Shown here piece by piece: positions 1 to 10,813 of a stretch of DNA of 32,000 nt (the first letter of the stretch is position 1; every line of letters begins with the position of its first letter). The notes under the pieces were generated by a model. The model saw only the letters and a program-made list of their open reading frames with translations, had not been told where the DNA came from and did not search any database. Location: positions 1-32,000 of the forward strand of contig NC_010814.1 in assembly GCF_000020385.1 (NCBI RefSeq), written 5' to 3'. This DNA is from Trichlorobacter lovleyi SZ. Its GTDB lineage: Bacteria; Desulfobacterota; Desulfuromonadia; Geobacterales; Pseudopelobacteraceae. Made by a program: the position numbers and the translations under genes.

Positions 1-120
1 TTTAAGAAAATGGTTTAGGCATTGAAAAAAGGCGACGGCTCTGTTAAAGTTTCAAGCCCCAAATTAGCCGCAAATGTTGCGCTAAAGGTGGTAACTGGCT
101 TAATTTACAAGAGTATCAAG

Positions 121-152
121 TTATCAACATGTGTTGATAACCCTGTTAATAA
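121..152. promoter_or_regulatory. DnaA-box cluster upstream of dnaA: inverted pair TTATCAACA (121-129) / TGTTGATAA (132-140) plus degenerate TGTTAATAA (144-152)
   Basis: These 9-mers are 1-2 mismatches from the TTATCCACA consensus. They lie about 130-160 bp upstream of the dnaA start, as expected for autoregulation. Confidence 0.55.
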
Positions 153-284
153 CCACATGAATCATTGTAATGCTCGACACCAGGCAAATCGATATTTCAT
201 AAAAGCATCCTCATGTTGCCTGGTGCTACGGCATCGTCCAGACAGATCGGAACCAGCGATATGCCGTCCTCAAAAATCAATGCC

Positions 285-1640
285 ATGCACGCGGTCTGGA
301 ATCAGACCGCTACGAATCTCGAAAAAGTTATATCACCTCAAAACTACACAAACTGGATCCAACCGATTCAATTCAGCCATGCTGATAATCACTCACTCTA
401 CCTGATTGTACCCAACCAGTTTTTCAAGGAGTGGCTTGAAGATAACTACGTTGACCTGATCAACAGTGCCCTGTCGGTGACTGCAGATAAGAACATGCTG
501 GTAACATTTCTGATTCGGGAAAAAGAGGCCGATAACGCGCCACTGGAGATTATGGAAGCTCCGCAACCGAAAGAAAGCTCAACCTTAAAGGACCTGGATC
601 AAGCCAAAGAGACAACACCGCTCAACCCGCTTAATCCACGCTATACTTTTGACCAGTTCGTAAGTGGCGCCGGAAACCAGTTTGCCCATGCGGCTGCCAT
701 GGCAGTTTCACATAACCCGGCCATAACCTATAACCCGCTCTTCATTTACGGGGGGGTAGGACTGGGCAAAAGCCACCTGCTCAATGCGGTTGGACATAAA
801 ATAATTTCTGACAACAGCAGCACTAAAATTTGCTACTGTTCTGCGGAAAAGTTTATGCATGAAATGGTAAACTGTATTAAACTTAATAAGATGGATGAAT
901 TTCGTGAACGCTTCCGTTCAATAGATGTACTGCTCATTGATGATATTCAATTCATAACCGGTAAGGAACGTACCCAGGTTGAGTTTTTTCACACCTTTAA
1001 CGCACTGTACGAATCCCATAAGCAAATTGTCATAACGTCTGATAAATTTCCGAGAGAAATGCCAAATCTGGAGGACCGCCTGCGTTCAAGATTTGAGTGG
1101 GGATTAATTGCAGATATTCAGCCGCCTGATCTGGAAACGAAAATAGCAATTCTCAAAAAAAAGGCCGATACAAACAGAATACTGCTTCCTGATGATGTAG
1201 CCTACTTTCTGGCATCAAGTGACACCAGAAATATCAGGGAACTTGAAGGTATGCTGATACGCTTGGGTGCCTACAGCAGCCTCCAGCATATCCCGATTAC
1301 CTTAACCATGGCCCAAAACAATCTGAAGGATATTCTGGTTAACAAAAGAAAAGAAATAACCGTTGAACTGATTCAAAAGACAGTGGCTGACCACTTTGGA
1401 CTCAAGGTTGCCGATCTTAAATCAGAAAAGCGCCTCAAGGCATTTGTACTCGCCCGTCAGGTTGCGATCTGGCTTTGCAGGGATATGACAACCGCCTCCT
1501 ATCCGGATATCGGTGCGAGGTTTGGCGGAAAAGATCATTCAACTGTCATCCATGCAACAAAAAAAATTGAAAAACTACTGGCTGAAGATCATAAATTATC
1601 TAAAATCATTGATGAATTAAAGGAGTCAATTCTGCAGTAA
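285..1640 (+). CDS. dnaA: Chromosomal replication initiator DnaA
   Basis: The ORF runs 213..1640. AAA+ motifs are GGVGLGKSHLL (Walker A) and LLIDDIQF (Walker B). The C-terminal DNA-binding domain reads KRLKAFVLARQVAIWLCRDMT..SYPDIGARFGGKDHSTVIHA. The homology-style N-terminus MHAVWNQ..NWIQPIQF favours a start at 285, but 261 or 213 cannot be excluded. Confidence 0.95.
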   Translation: MHAVWNQTATNLEKVISPQNYTNWIQPIQFSHADNHSLYLIVPNQFFKEWLEDNYVDLINSALSVTADKNMLVTFLIREKEADNAPLEIMEAPQPKESSTLKDLDQAKETTPLNPLNPRYTFDQFVSGAGNQFAHAAAMAVSHNPAITYNPLFIYGGVGLGKSHLLNAVGHKIISDNSSTKICYCSAEKFMHEMVNCIKLNKMDEFRERFRSIDVLLIDDIQFITGKERTQVEFFHTFNALYESHKQIVITSDKFPREMPNLEDRLRSRFEWGLIADIQPPDLETKIAILKKKADTNRILLPDDVAYFLASSDTRNIRELEGMLIRLGAYSSLQHIPITLTMAQNNLKDILVNKRKEITVELIQKTVADHFGLKVADLKSEKRLKAFVLARQVAIWLCRDMTTASYPDIGARFGGKDHSTVIHATKKIEKLLAEDHKLSKIIDELKESILQ

Positions 1641-1670
1641 AAAGTTGCTACCAATACCTGTGTATGCAAC

Positions 1671-1860
1671 TGTTGATAACTGTGGGTAACTCAGACCCTG
1701 TGAATAACCGGTCCAAACCGGGGCCGTTCATCAACAGGCATACCTTAATTTTATATTAATAAATTAAATAAGATATAAGTTATACACGGTTTCCACAGGA
1801 CTAATAATAGATACATAGGTTTTAAATACTTTAACTGCTTATTTAATACATGAAACAAAG
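1671..1860. other. Candidate oriC: DnaA-box cluster followed by an AT-rich unwinding region in the dnaA-dnaN spacer
   Basis: Boxes are TGTTGATAA (1671-1679), TGTGGGTAA (1681-1689) and TGTGAATAA (1699-1707), with weaker TCATCAACA (1728-1736) and TTATACACG (around 1780). A strongly AT-rich tract follows at about 1741-1860 (ttaattttatattaataaattaaataagatataag...). Confidence 0.55.
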
Positions 1861-1869
1861 GAGTCTGGC

Positions 1870-2988
1870 ATGAATTTCAAAATCGACAGAGATACCTTTC
1901 TTAAAGCGCTGCAAAAAGTACAGGGCATTGTCGAAAAACGGACATCGATGCCAATCTTATCGAATATCCTGATTGAGGCGCAGGGGGATAATCTTGAAAT
2001 CATCGCTACTGATCTTGAAGTAGGCCTGAAAGGCAACTATCCTGCCAAAGTGGAAAAAGACGGCCGGATTACAGTTGGTGCAAAGAAACTATATGAAATA
2101 GTGAAAGAATTACCAAACCAGGAAATTACGTTTTCAACCAAGGAGAACGACTGGGTAGAAATCACCTGTGGCAAAGTCAGATTTAATATTGTTGGATTAC
2201 CTTCAGATGAGTTTCCGGCGGTAGCTACGGTTAAAGATGAACAACTGCTGGAGCTTGAAGCAGCGTTGTTAAGAAAGATGATTGAAAAAACATCCTACGC
2301 AATCTGTAACGATGAAACCAAATACAATCTCAACGGCATTTTCACCAGGGTCGAACAGTCTGAAAAAGGTCAGTGTTTGAAGATGGTTGCTACTGATGGA
2401 CACCGTTTGTCTATTGCCTCTGGTCCTTTCAGTGGTACGGCAAATCCAGAACTGTTGAAGGGAGTTATACTTCCCAAAAAAGGTATTTTCGAGATTAAGA
2501 AGATTACCGACGAAGGTGACGGGCTTCTGCAATTCGGTTTTGTTGACAGTAGTGCTGTGATCAAAAAAGGAGATACAACACTGATCATGCGGCTGGTTGA
2601 CGGTGAATTCCCTGATTATACCAGGGTCATACCGGCAGCGAACGAACAGATTGTAAAGGCACCAAGAGAAGAACTGATCCATGCCGTGCGACGGATGGCT
2701 ATTTTGTCCAGCGAGAAATTCAAGGGAATTATGTTGGAGATTGAAGGAAATGCCGTCAAGATTTCATCAAGCAATCCGGAGCTTGGAGATGCCATGGAAG
2801 AGCTTGATGTGAGCTATGATGGAAACCCGTTTTCTGTTCGATTTAATGCCCGTTACCTGCTGGATGTCCTGATGGTTTGCGAGAGCCAACACGTATTGAT
2901 GAAATTTAAAAACGAACTGTCACCATCGATTGTAACCCCTGATTCGGATGATGAACTTTTAGCGGTTATCATGCCAATGAGGCTCTAG
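1870..2988 (+). CDS. dnaN: DNA polymerase III beta sliding clamp
   Basis: 372 aa with the three-domain clamp pattern (MNFKIDRDTFLKAL..., ...LAVIMPMRL end). AAGGAG RBS 6 nt upstream. Canonical position after dnaA. Confidence 0.95.
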   Translation: MNFKIDRDTFLKALQKVQGIVEKRTSMPILSNILIEAQGDNLEIIATDLEVGLKGNYPAKVEKDGRITVGAKKLYEIVKELPNQEITFSTKENDWVEITCGKVRFNIVGLPSDEFPAVATVKDEQLLELEAALLRKMIEKTSYAICNDETKYNLNGIFTRVEQSEKGQCLKMVATDGHRLSIASGPFSGTANPELLKGVILPKKGIFEIKKITDEGDGLLQFGFVDSSAVIKKGDTTLIMRLVDGEFPDYTRVIPAANEQIVKAPREELIHAVRRMAILSSEKFKGIMLEIEGNAVKISSSNPELGDAMEELDVSYDGNPFSVRFNARYLLDVLMVCESQHVLMKFKNELSPSIVTPDSDDELLAVIMPMRL

Positions 2989-2995
2989 ATCAGAC

Positions 2996-6507
<3,512 letters not shown>

Positions 6508-6511
6508 TCCA

Positions 6512-6516
6512 GCACG
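6512..6516. repeat. 5-bp target-site duplication GCACG (left copy) of the Tn7-like element
   Basis: GCACG immediately precedes the TGTAGG terminus at 6517. An identical GCACG follows the ...CCTACA terminus at 28250-28254. Confidence 0.8.
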
Positions 6517-6572
6517 TGTAGGTTTTCCCAATTAGTAATATTTTGGCCCCATAAAGTAAAAAAATCCTACAT
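6517..6572. repeat. tnsA-proximal (Tn7-R-like) end with putative transposase-binding repeats
   Basis: TGTAGGTTTTCCCAATTAGTAAT is followed by TTTTGGCCCCATAAAGTAAAAA and AAAAATCCTACA. All three have reverse-complement counterparts in the other end: ATTTATGGGGCCAC, TTGGGGCCAAAA and TAGGATTTT. Confidence 0.7.
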
Positions 6573-6590
6573 ACATTAGTTTATTTTAAT

Positions 6591-6620
6591 AAAAGCACCC
6601 AATCGGGTGCTTTTGTTTTT
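6591..6620 (+). terminator. Rho-independent-type hairpin just inside the transposon end
   Basis: aaaaGCACCC-aatc-GGGTGCttttgttttt: a 6-bp GC-rich stem followed by a T-run. It is positioned to stop gyrB read-through into the element. Confidence 0.5.
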
Positions 6621-6816
6621 GAAAGATTACAACTGAATCTTAGACAACTCAATAAGATGATACTCTAACACTACCCACCCGAAGTACTGCACAAATGGCG
6701 GAAAATAAGACAATGTTAATATAAGCATAGCTGATGTTTTATGTATATTAAATATACACCAAAAGTTGATATTTGTCAACTTACTGATATATTAATGTAA
6801 TATCAAGAAAACGAGG

Positions 6817-6844
6817 TTGACAGAACGTTATTTTAATCTAAAAT
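6817..6844 (+). promoter_or_regulatory. Sigma70-like promoter candidate for the tnsA-like gene
   Basis: TTGACA (6817-6822), a 16-nt spacer, then TAAAAT (6839-6844). AGGAGG RBS at 6857-6862 and ATG at 6869. Confidence 0.4.
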
Positions 6845-6868
6845 AAAACCAGAAGCAGGAGGGTCGCC

Positions 6869-7238
6869 ATGAATACAAATCCTGAATCTGGTGTTCTGCA
6901 GCACGGAAGGTCCAGAAAAGTAGTTAAGAGATCCAACTGTGGACACCCTGTAAAATTTGCAAGCCAAAAATGTGGCCGTTCTGTCCACCTTGAATCCCCC
7001 CTTGAATATGACCTAGCAATCCAGCTTGAATTTGATCCTTCAGTCATACTCTTTCAAGAACAACCCCTGGCCTTGAAAATTGAATATAACGGGAAAATTA
7101 GGACGGTATACCCGGATTTGGCAGTGTACAAAGATGACGGATCAACACTTATCATCGAAGTAAAGGATGCCAAAAAAGCAAGTCAGCAAGAGGTAATCGA
7201 AAAGTTCGAGCTTGAAAGGCAGGTATTGGTATCACTAG
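6869..7238 (+). pseudogene. tnsA: tnsA-like endonuclease, 5' part (interrupted by IS insertion at CTAG 7235-7238)
   Basis: The translation resembles the TnsA N-terminal catalytic domain: HLESPLEYDLAIQLEFDP, TVYPDLAVY, LIIEVKDAKK (E-x-K). The track ORF ends at 7249 only because of a stop inside the IS terminus. Confidence 0.65.
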
Positions 7239-8563
7239 CAGGTCGTTGAAAATCGGCTCGATTTGAGTCCGTTCCAGTCAGCCGGCTGATTTTTTAAGTT
7301 TGCTTCGCTGTTCAGATGTCGCTGTTTTCGGTTGTGTTGCTCTTTTTCAACTTTATTTGCCTATGCTTGATGCACCCCAAGGCCGATTTGCCGCTCTCAG
7401 GTGACACCGAGCCCCAGGTTTTTCATGCGTACCAGGTTGTAGGCCGCTGCATGGAGATCAAGCTGCCAGGCAATCTTCTCAATGCCTCGATACATGGTCT
7501 TTCTCAGTCTGCCGATGGTCTTCATCCAGCCAAAGCCTTCCTCGATCCGTTTTCTGATCCTTTGGCTTATGCTGTAATTCGGATGAGCGGTGGTTCTGCC
7601 ATCAATGCCTGATTTCCTTCTGGTGTTGTTCTGAGCCACATGCGGCGTGACGTTGATTTGCCTGAGCTCTTTGACAAAGCCTTCGGTGTCGTATCCTTTG
7701 TCTGCACCGACGGTGATACGCCGGGTAGTACGAGGCAATTGTCTGATCATGGCCTTGGCGGCTTCACGCTCTCCGGTACCGGTTGCCGTGGTGACGCTGG
7801 TCTTGACGATCAGACCGTTTCTATTCTCCATCAAGGTGTGTCCCTGGTAGCAGAGCTTGGCCTCTTTGGTGTTGCCCTTGCGGTACAGTCTGGCGTTTGG
7901 ATCAGTGCTGGAAGAATGAGTGTCGTTTTTGAGTTGTTTGCCTTTGAAATCAACTGATTTATTTTTGCCACCACCGGCAGATGGCGGACCGTCTTTGGGC
8001 TTGAAGCTCTTGATGGAGGCCCATGCCTCAATCAAGGTGCCGTCAACGGTGAAGTGCTCTCGGGACAGGAGACGCTTGCGCTCTGCCTGAGCAAGGATAC
8101 GGGATAGAAACTCTGCGGCCACATCAGAGCCAATTAACCGTTCATGGTTCTTAGTGAAGCTGGAGTGATCCCAGATTTCATCATCCAGTCCCATGCCAAG
8201 GAACCAGCGGTACAGGAAGTTGTAGCGGATCTGCTCTACCAGTTGCCGGTTACTGCGGATGCTGAACAGTATCATCAGCAGTTGTGCTTTCAGCAGCTTC
8301 TCCGGGGCAATGGAAGAACGACCGGAATCGGCATACATGCTGTCAAAGAGCGGGCTCATCTCGGAAAGTGCCTGATCAGCCATACTGCGAATAGCACGCA
8401 GGGGATGATCCTTGGGTACAAATGACTCAGGCGTCACATAGGCAAAAAGAGCTTCATTCTGGACATCAGTTCCGCGCATAACTTTCCTCAATCAAACCGG
8501 AGTGTTGTGCGCACAAATATACTAAAAAAAGGCTGTTTTTACTACTTCAATTTCAACAGCCTG
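7239..8563 (-). mobile_element. IS5-family insertion sequence
   Basis: Terminal inverted repeats are CAGGTCGTTGAAAATCGG (7239-) and, as the reverse complement of 8563-, CAGGCTGTTGAAATTGAAG. It encodes one DDE transposase. A CTAG lies on the left flank (7235-7238). The matching CTAG is found only beyond the neighbouring IS110-type element (10052-10055). Confidence 0.75.
7397..8491 (-). CDS. IS5-family DDE transposase
   Basis: 364 aa. The N-terminal InsH-like segment reads LFAYVTPESFVPKDHPLRAIR. The central part reads SFTKNHERL and HFTVDGTLIEAWAS. The DDE-type C-terminal part reads GADKGYDT...RIEEGFGWMK. Confidence 0.9.
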   Translation of the reverse strand: MRKVMRGTDVQNEALFAYVTPESFVPKDHPLRAIRSMADQALSEMSPLFDSMYADSGRSSIAPEKLLKAQLLMILFSIRSNRQLVEQIRYNFLYRWFLGMGLDDEIWDHSSFTKNHERLIGSDVAAEFLSRILAQAERKRLLSREHFTVDGTLIEAWASIKSFKPKDGPPSAGGGKNKSVDFKGKQLKNDTHSSSTDPNARLYRKGNTKEAKLCYQGHTLMENRNGLIVKTSVTTATGTGEREAAKAMIRQLPRTTRRITVGADKGYDTEGFVKELRQINVTPHVAQNNTRRKSGIDGRTTAHPNYSISQRIRKRIEEGFGWMKTIGRLRKTMYRGIEKIAWQLDLHAAAYNLVRMKNLGLGVT

Positions 8564-10051
8564 TTGATATGGCTGACAGTTTCAAGCCTAAAATATTCTG
8601 CCCCTTTTGATCTTTTAAATTTCTGTCCCAGAGGTACGGGGCCTTTTTCAACGACGGTAGATCACGCTGATATTCGCGGGTTGGTTACCGCATGTCTTGC
8701 CTACGTCGTGGAGCTGCCTCTCGCTAGAGCCGGGAGTTCGGCTTGATGCCTTATCCCATAACAGGCCCGAGGATTCTCCGGTACCTTGGCCGCAACCTCT
8801 GTGGACAGAAACTGAATCATGTTCTTTGAAATCTGGTTACGATGCGACTGGTACTGCTTGGGCTATAGCCCACATGAATGCGGACAGTTCTCTGGCAATG
8901 GCGGTAATGACTACCTGTGCCTGCTTGCCTTTGGTAACAAGTCGTTTGTAGCGGGCGCAAAGTCTGAGCTGTGCCTTCCAGGCAATCTCCCATACCGCTT
9001 GCGGCAGATTCTGTTGTCGGTCTCGAAGTCGCCTGCTAACCCGTGCCGGCAACCGATACGACCAGGCAGCTTCGACCAGCATTCGGCGTGCATGTCCATT
9101 GCCAGTCTTGGTTATACCGCCTCGCTGTGTTGACTCTCCACTTGAGTGTTCTGAAGGTACAAGCCCCAGATACGCCATCAGATGTCGGGGATTGTCAAAG
9201 CGACTCAAGTCACCAAGCTCAGCAACGGTGGTTGAGGCAACTACCAGAGAGACTCCCCGCAGAGCTTGGAGCGCTTCGACAACCGGACCAAGTCGCCATT
9301 CTGCAGCAAGCAGGCAAATCTGTTCCGTGATCCTATCAACGCGCTCTGTGTTCGATCTGACTGCATCCACATACTCCTGCAGGGTGATCTGCTGTGCGGA
9401 ATGCGTCATGTGTATGTCGGAGATCCAACGCCAATGGGCAAGACTCCAGAGTGTTTTGCCGCTATAGCGGAAGCCGCTGCGCAGCAGAAATGCATTCAAT
9501 TGCTGACGGGCCTTTCGCTCAGCATTCTTTGCATCGATACGGGCCCTGCAGAGGTCGCGCATTGCCTCATCTTCGATGCGCGGAACATAGACCGGAGTCA
9601 GTTCGCCTGCTCGGTGCAGACGGGCCAGCATCTCGGCATCACGCCGATCATTCTTTATTCGGCTGCCGCTCTTCTTGGGAATCAAAGAAGGGGCAACCAC
9701 GATACAATCAAAACCCTTACGGGTTAGGTGCCGATAGATGTCATAACCGCACGGGCCAGCTTCATAGACGAATCGAAGTTCGGTACCACGAGAAACCAGT
9801 TTTCTGAGAACTTTGTCCAATGCATCAAGACTGCCGTCAATAGTGCCGTAGTAACGGACTTCCTTGTCACGGCCTTCAGCGGCCAAAGCGACATCAATGG
9901 AGTTTTTGTGAACATCAAGCCCAACATACGTGATAGACTTTTCCATGACCTGCCTCCTTGGTTGTGGCTCTGTGCTGTGAATCTACTCGTTCCCAGCTTA
10001 ACCCACGTTTGCAAGAGGCAGGTCTACTTTTTCAACTGACAGCCATTATGG
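8564..10051 (-). mobile_element. IS110-family (IS1111-like) insertion sequence, inserted exactly at the terminus of the IS5-family element
   Basis: Subterminal inverted repeats are ATGGCTGACAGTT (8569-8581) and AACTGACAGCCAT (10033-10045). There are 273 bp of non-coding sequence 3' of the recombinase gene and 105 bp 5' of it. Boundaries are inferred from the IS5 terminus on one side and the CTAG duplicate on the other, accurate to about 3 bp. Confidence 0.7.
8837..9946 (-). CDS. IS110-family DEDD transposase/recombinase
   Basis: 369 aa. N-terminus YVGLDVHKNSIDVAL (RuvC-like DEDD domain). The C-terminal Transposase_20-type segment reads LRGVSLVVASTTVAELGDLSRFDNPRHLMAYLGLVPSEHSSGES..GGITKTGNGHARRMLVEAAW. 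Confidence 0.92.
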   Translation of the reverse strand: MEKSITYVGLDVHKNSIDVALAAEGRDKEVRYYGTIDGSLDALDKVLRKLVSRGTELRFVYEAGPCGYDIYRHLTRKGFDCIVVAPSLIPKKSGSRIKNDRRDAEMLARLHRAGELTPVYVPRIEDEAMRDLCRARIDAKNAERKARQQLNAFLLRSGFRYSGKTLWSLAHWRWISDIHMTHSAQQITLQEYVDAVRSNTERVDRITEQICLLAAEWRLGPVVEALQALRGVSLVVASTTVAELGDLSRFDNPRHLMAYLGLVPSEHSSGESTQRGGITKTGNGHARRMLVEAAWSYRLPARVSRRLRDRQQNLPQAVWEIAWKAQLRLCARYKRLVTKGKQAQVVITAIARELSAFMWAIAQAVPVAS

Positions 10052-10276
10052 CTAGGGTACGATTTTGTTGTCATGACAGACAAAGAAATACGAGGAACAA
10101 TTCAACATAAAAATTCGAGCAAGCTACTCCCCTACAGGCGACTCGTGATTGGCAGCATATTACGAGAAAAAGTCTTGGGAGCGCTCGCTTGGCGACCAAT
10201 GAGTTTGGGGGAAATGCTTCAAGAAGTACCCGGCGTCACTTTAGAATGCTATCGACTATTATCCTGGTGTTGCTGA
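10052..10276 (+). pseudogene. tnsA: tnsA-like endonuclease, 3' part (continues in frame from 7238 once both IS elements and one CTAG are removed)
   Basis: Joining ...gta tca cta g (7238) to gg tac gat ttt... (10056) gives ...ERQVLVSLGYDFVVMTDKEIRGTIQ..., a TnsA-like G.xF.VxTxxEI segment. The combined length is 591 nt, or 196 codons plus a stop. Confidence 0.65.
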
Positions 10277-10477
10277 GACCTTTGCAGCCTTACGTACCGG
10301 CCTGGTGATTTTGAAGCGATCGCTATTGCAGCAAGCGCTCCTAATTTCTCACCCTGTGGTGCTTGCCGTGAAGTTATCAACGAATTTGGGGATGATATGG
10401 TTGTTGTTTTTGAATTTAACGGACAGGTAGTCATCTCACCTTTGGCTGAAATTCTGCCCTACAACTTCAAGCTATAG
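10277..10477 (+). pseudogene. Cytidine deaminase (cdd-like) C-terminal relic
   Basis: The translation PGDFEAIAIAASAPNFSPCGACREVINEFGDDMVVVFEFNGQVVISPLAEILPYNF matches the C-terminal half of homotetrameric cytidine deaminases (PCGxCRQ motif). There is no start codon and no N-terminal half. The upstream CAE-like stretch (VAETFAALRTG) is in a different frame. Confidence 0.5.
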
Positions 10478-10611
10478 CCCTGTCTCTGCGGGCTACATGC
10501 AAATGGGGTTAATTACATGAAGCCCAATGACAATAATAACAGTGGCCCATTTCCCCAAAGCGTCTTTCCACCCAGCGTCTTTCCCCGAAGGATTTTCCCC
10601 TGGATGGGGGA

Positions 10612-10780
10612 CGACGAGACTACTGAAGACAAAGACGATGAAAACTCAAAGGTCTCTCAAGGCTCGTCGATCAGATCAGAATAAACCAAGTTGATTATAC
10701 GACATAAAGCCACTACCAAAACCTATCGCCAGCTCAACATACTGATCCTCCAGATCTGCTAAAAAGAAAGAATGCGGTTC
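10612..10780 (+). repeat. Direct repeat copy A (about 170 bp, with weaker similarity continuing to about 10825)
   Basis: It aligns by hand with 27871-28040 with about 19 differences. Copy A covers the 3' end of a 55-codon ORF (10517-10684, ...DETTEDKDDENSKVSQGSSIRSE) plus about 100 bp downstream. Confidence 0.8.
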
Positions 10781-10813
10781 AATTTGCTCGGCAGTTTATG
10801 ACCGAGTGCCTTT

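Noticed and set aside
22-405. 127-aa plus-strand ORF upstream of and overlapping the dnaA start
   Set aside because: It spans the DnaA-box region and overlaps dnaA in another frame. It has no RBS or recognisable motifs and is most likely non-coding leader sequence.
8507-9133. Plus-strand ORFs 8507..8746, 8697..8951 and 8819..9133 around the IS5/IS110 junction
   Set aside because: They overlap IS termini, the non-coding arm or the antisense strand of the IS110 recombinase gene, and have no motifs. The region is better explained as IS non-coding or possible RNA-coding sequence.
10100-10276. I first read this stretch as the N-terminal half of the cytidine deaminase relic (PY..VIGS resembling PYS.F.VGAA)
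   Set aside because: The frame is exactly continuous with the tnsA-like gene once the two IS elements are removed, and the sequence fits a TnsA C-terminal region. The deaminase resemblance there is too weak.
10517-10684. 55-codon ORF (MKPNDNNNSGPFPQSVFPPSVFPRRIFPWMGDDETTEDKDDENSKVSQGSSIRSE) as a real gene
   Set aside because: It is low-complexity, has no clear RBS, and is only partly duplicated in copy B, where the N-terminal part is absent. I kept it as part of the direct-repeat observation rather than calling it a CDS.
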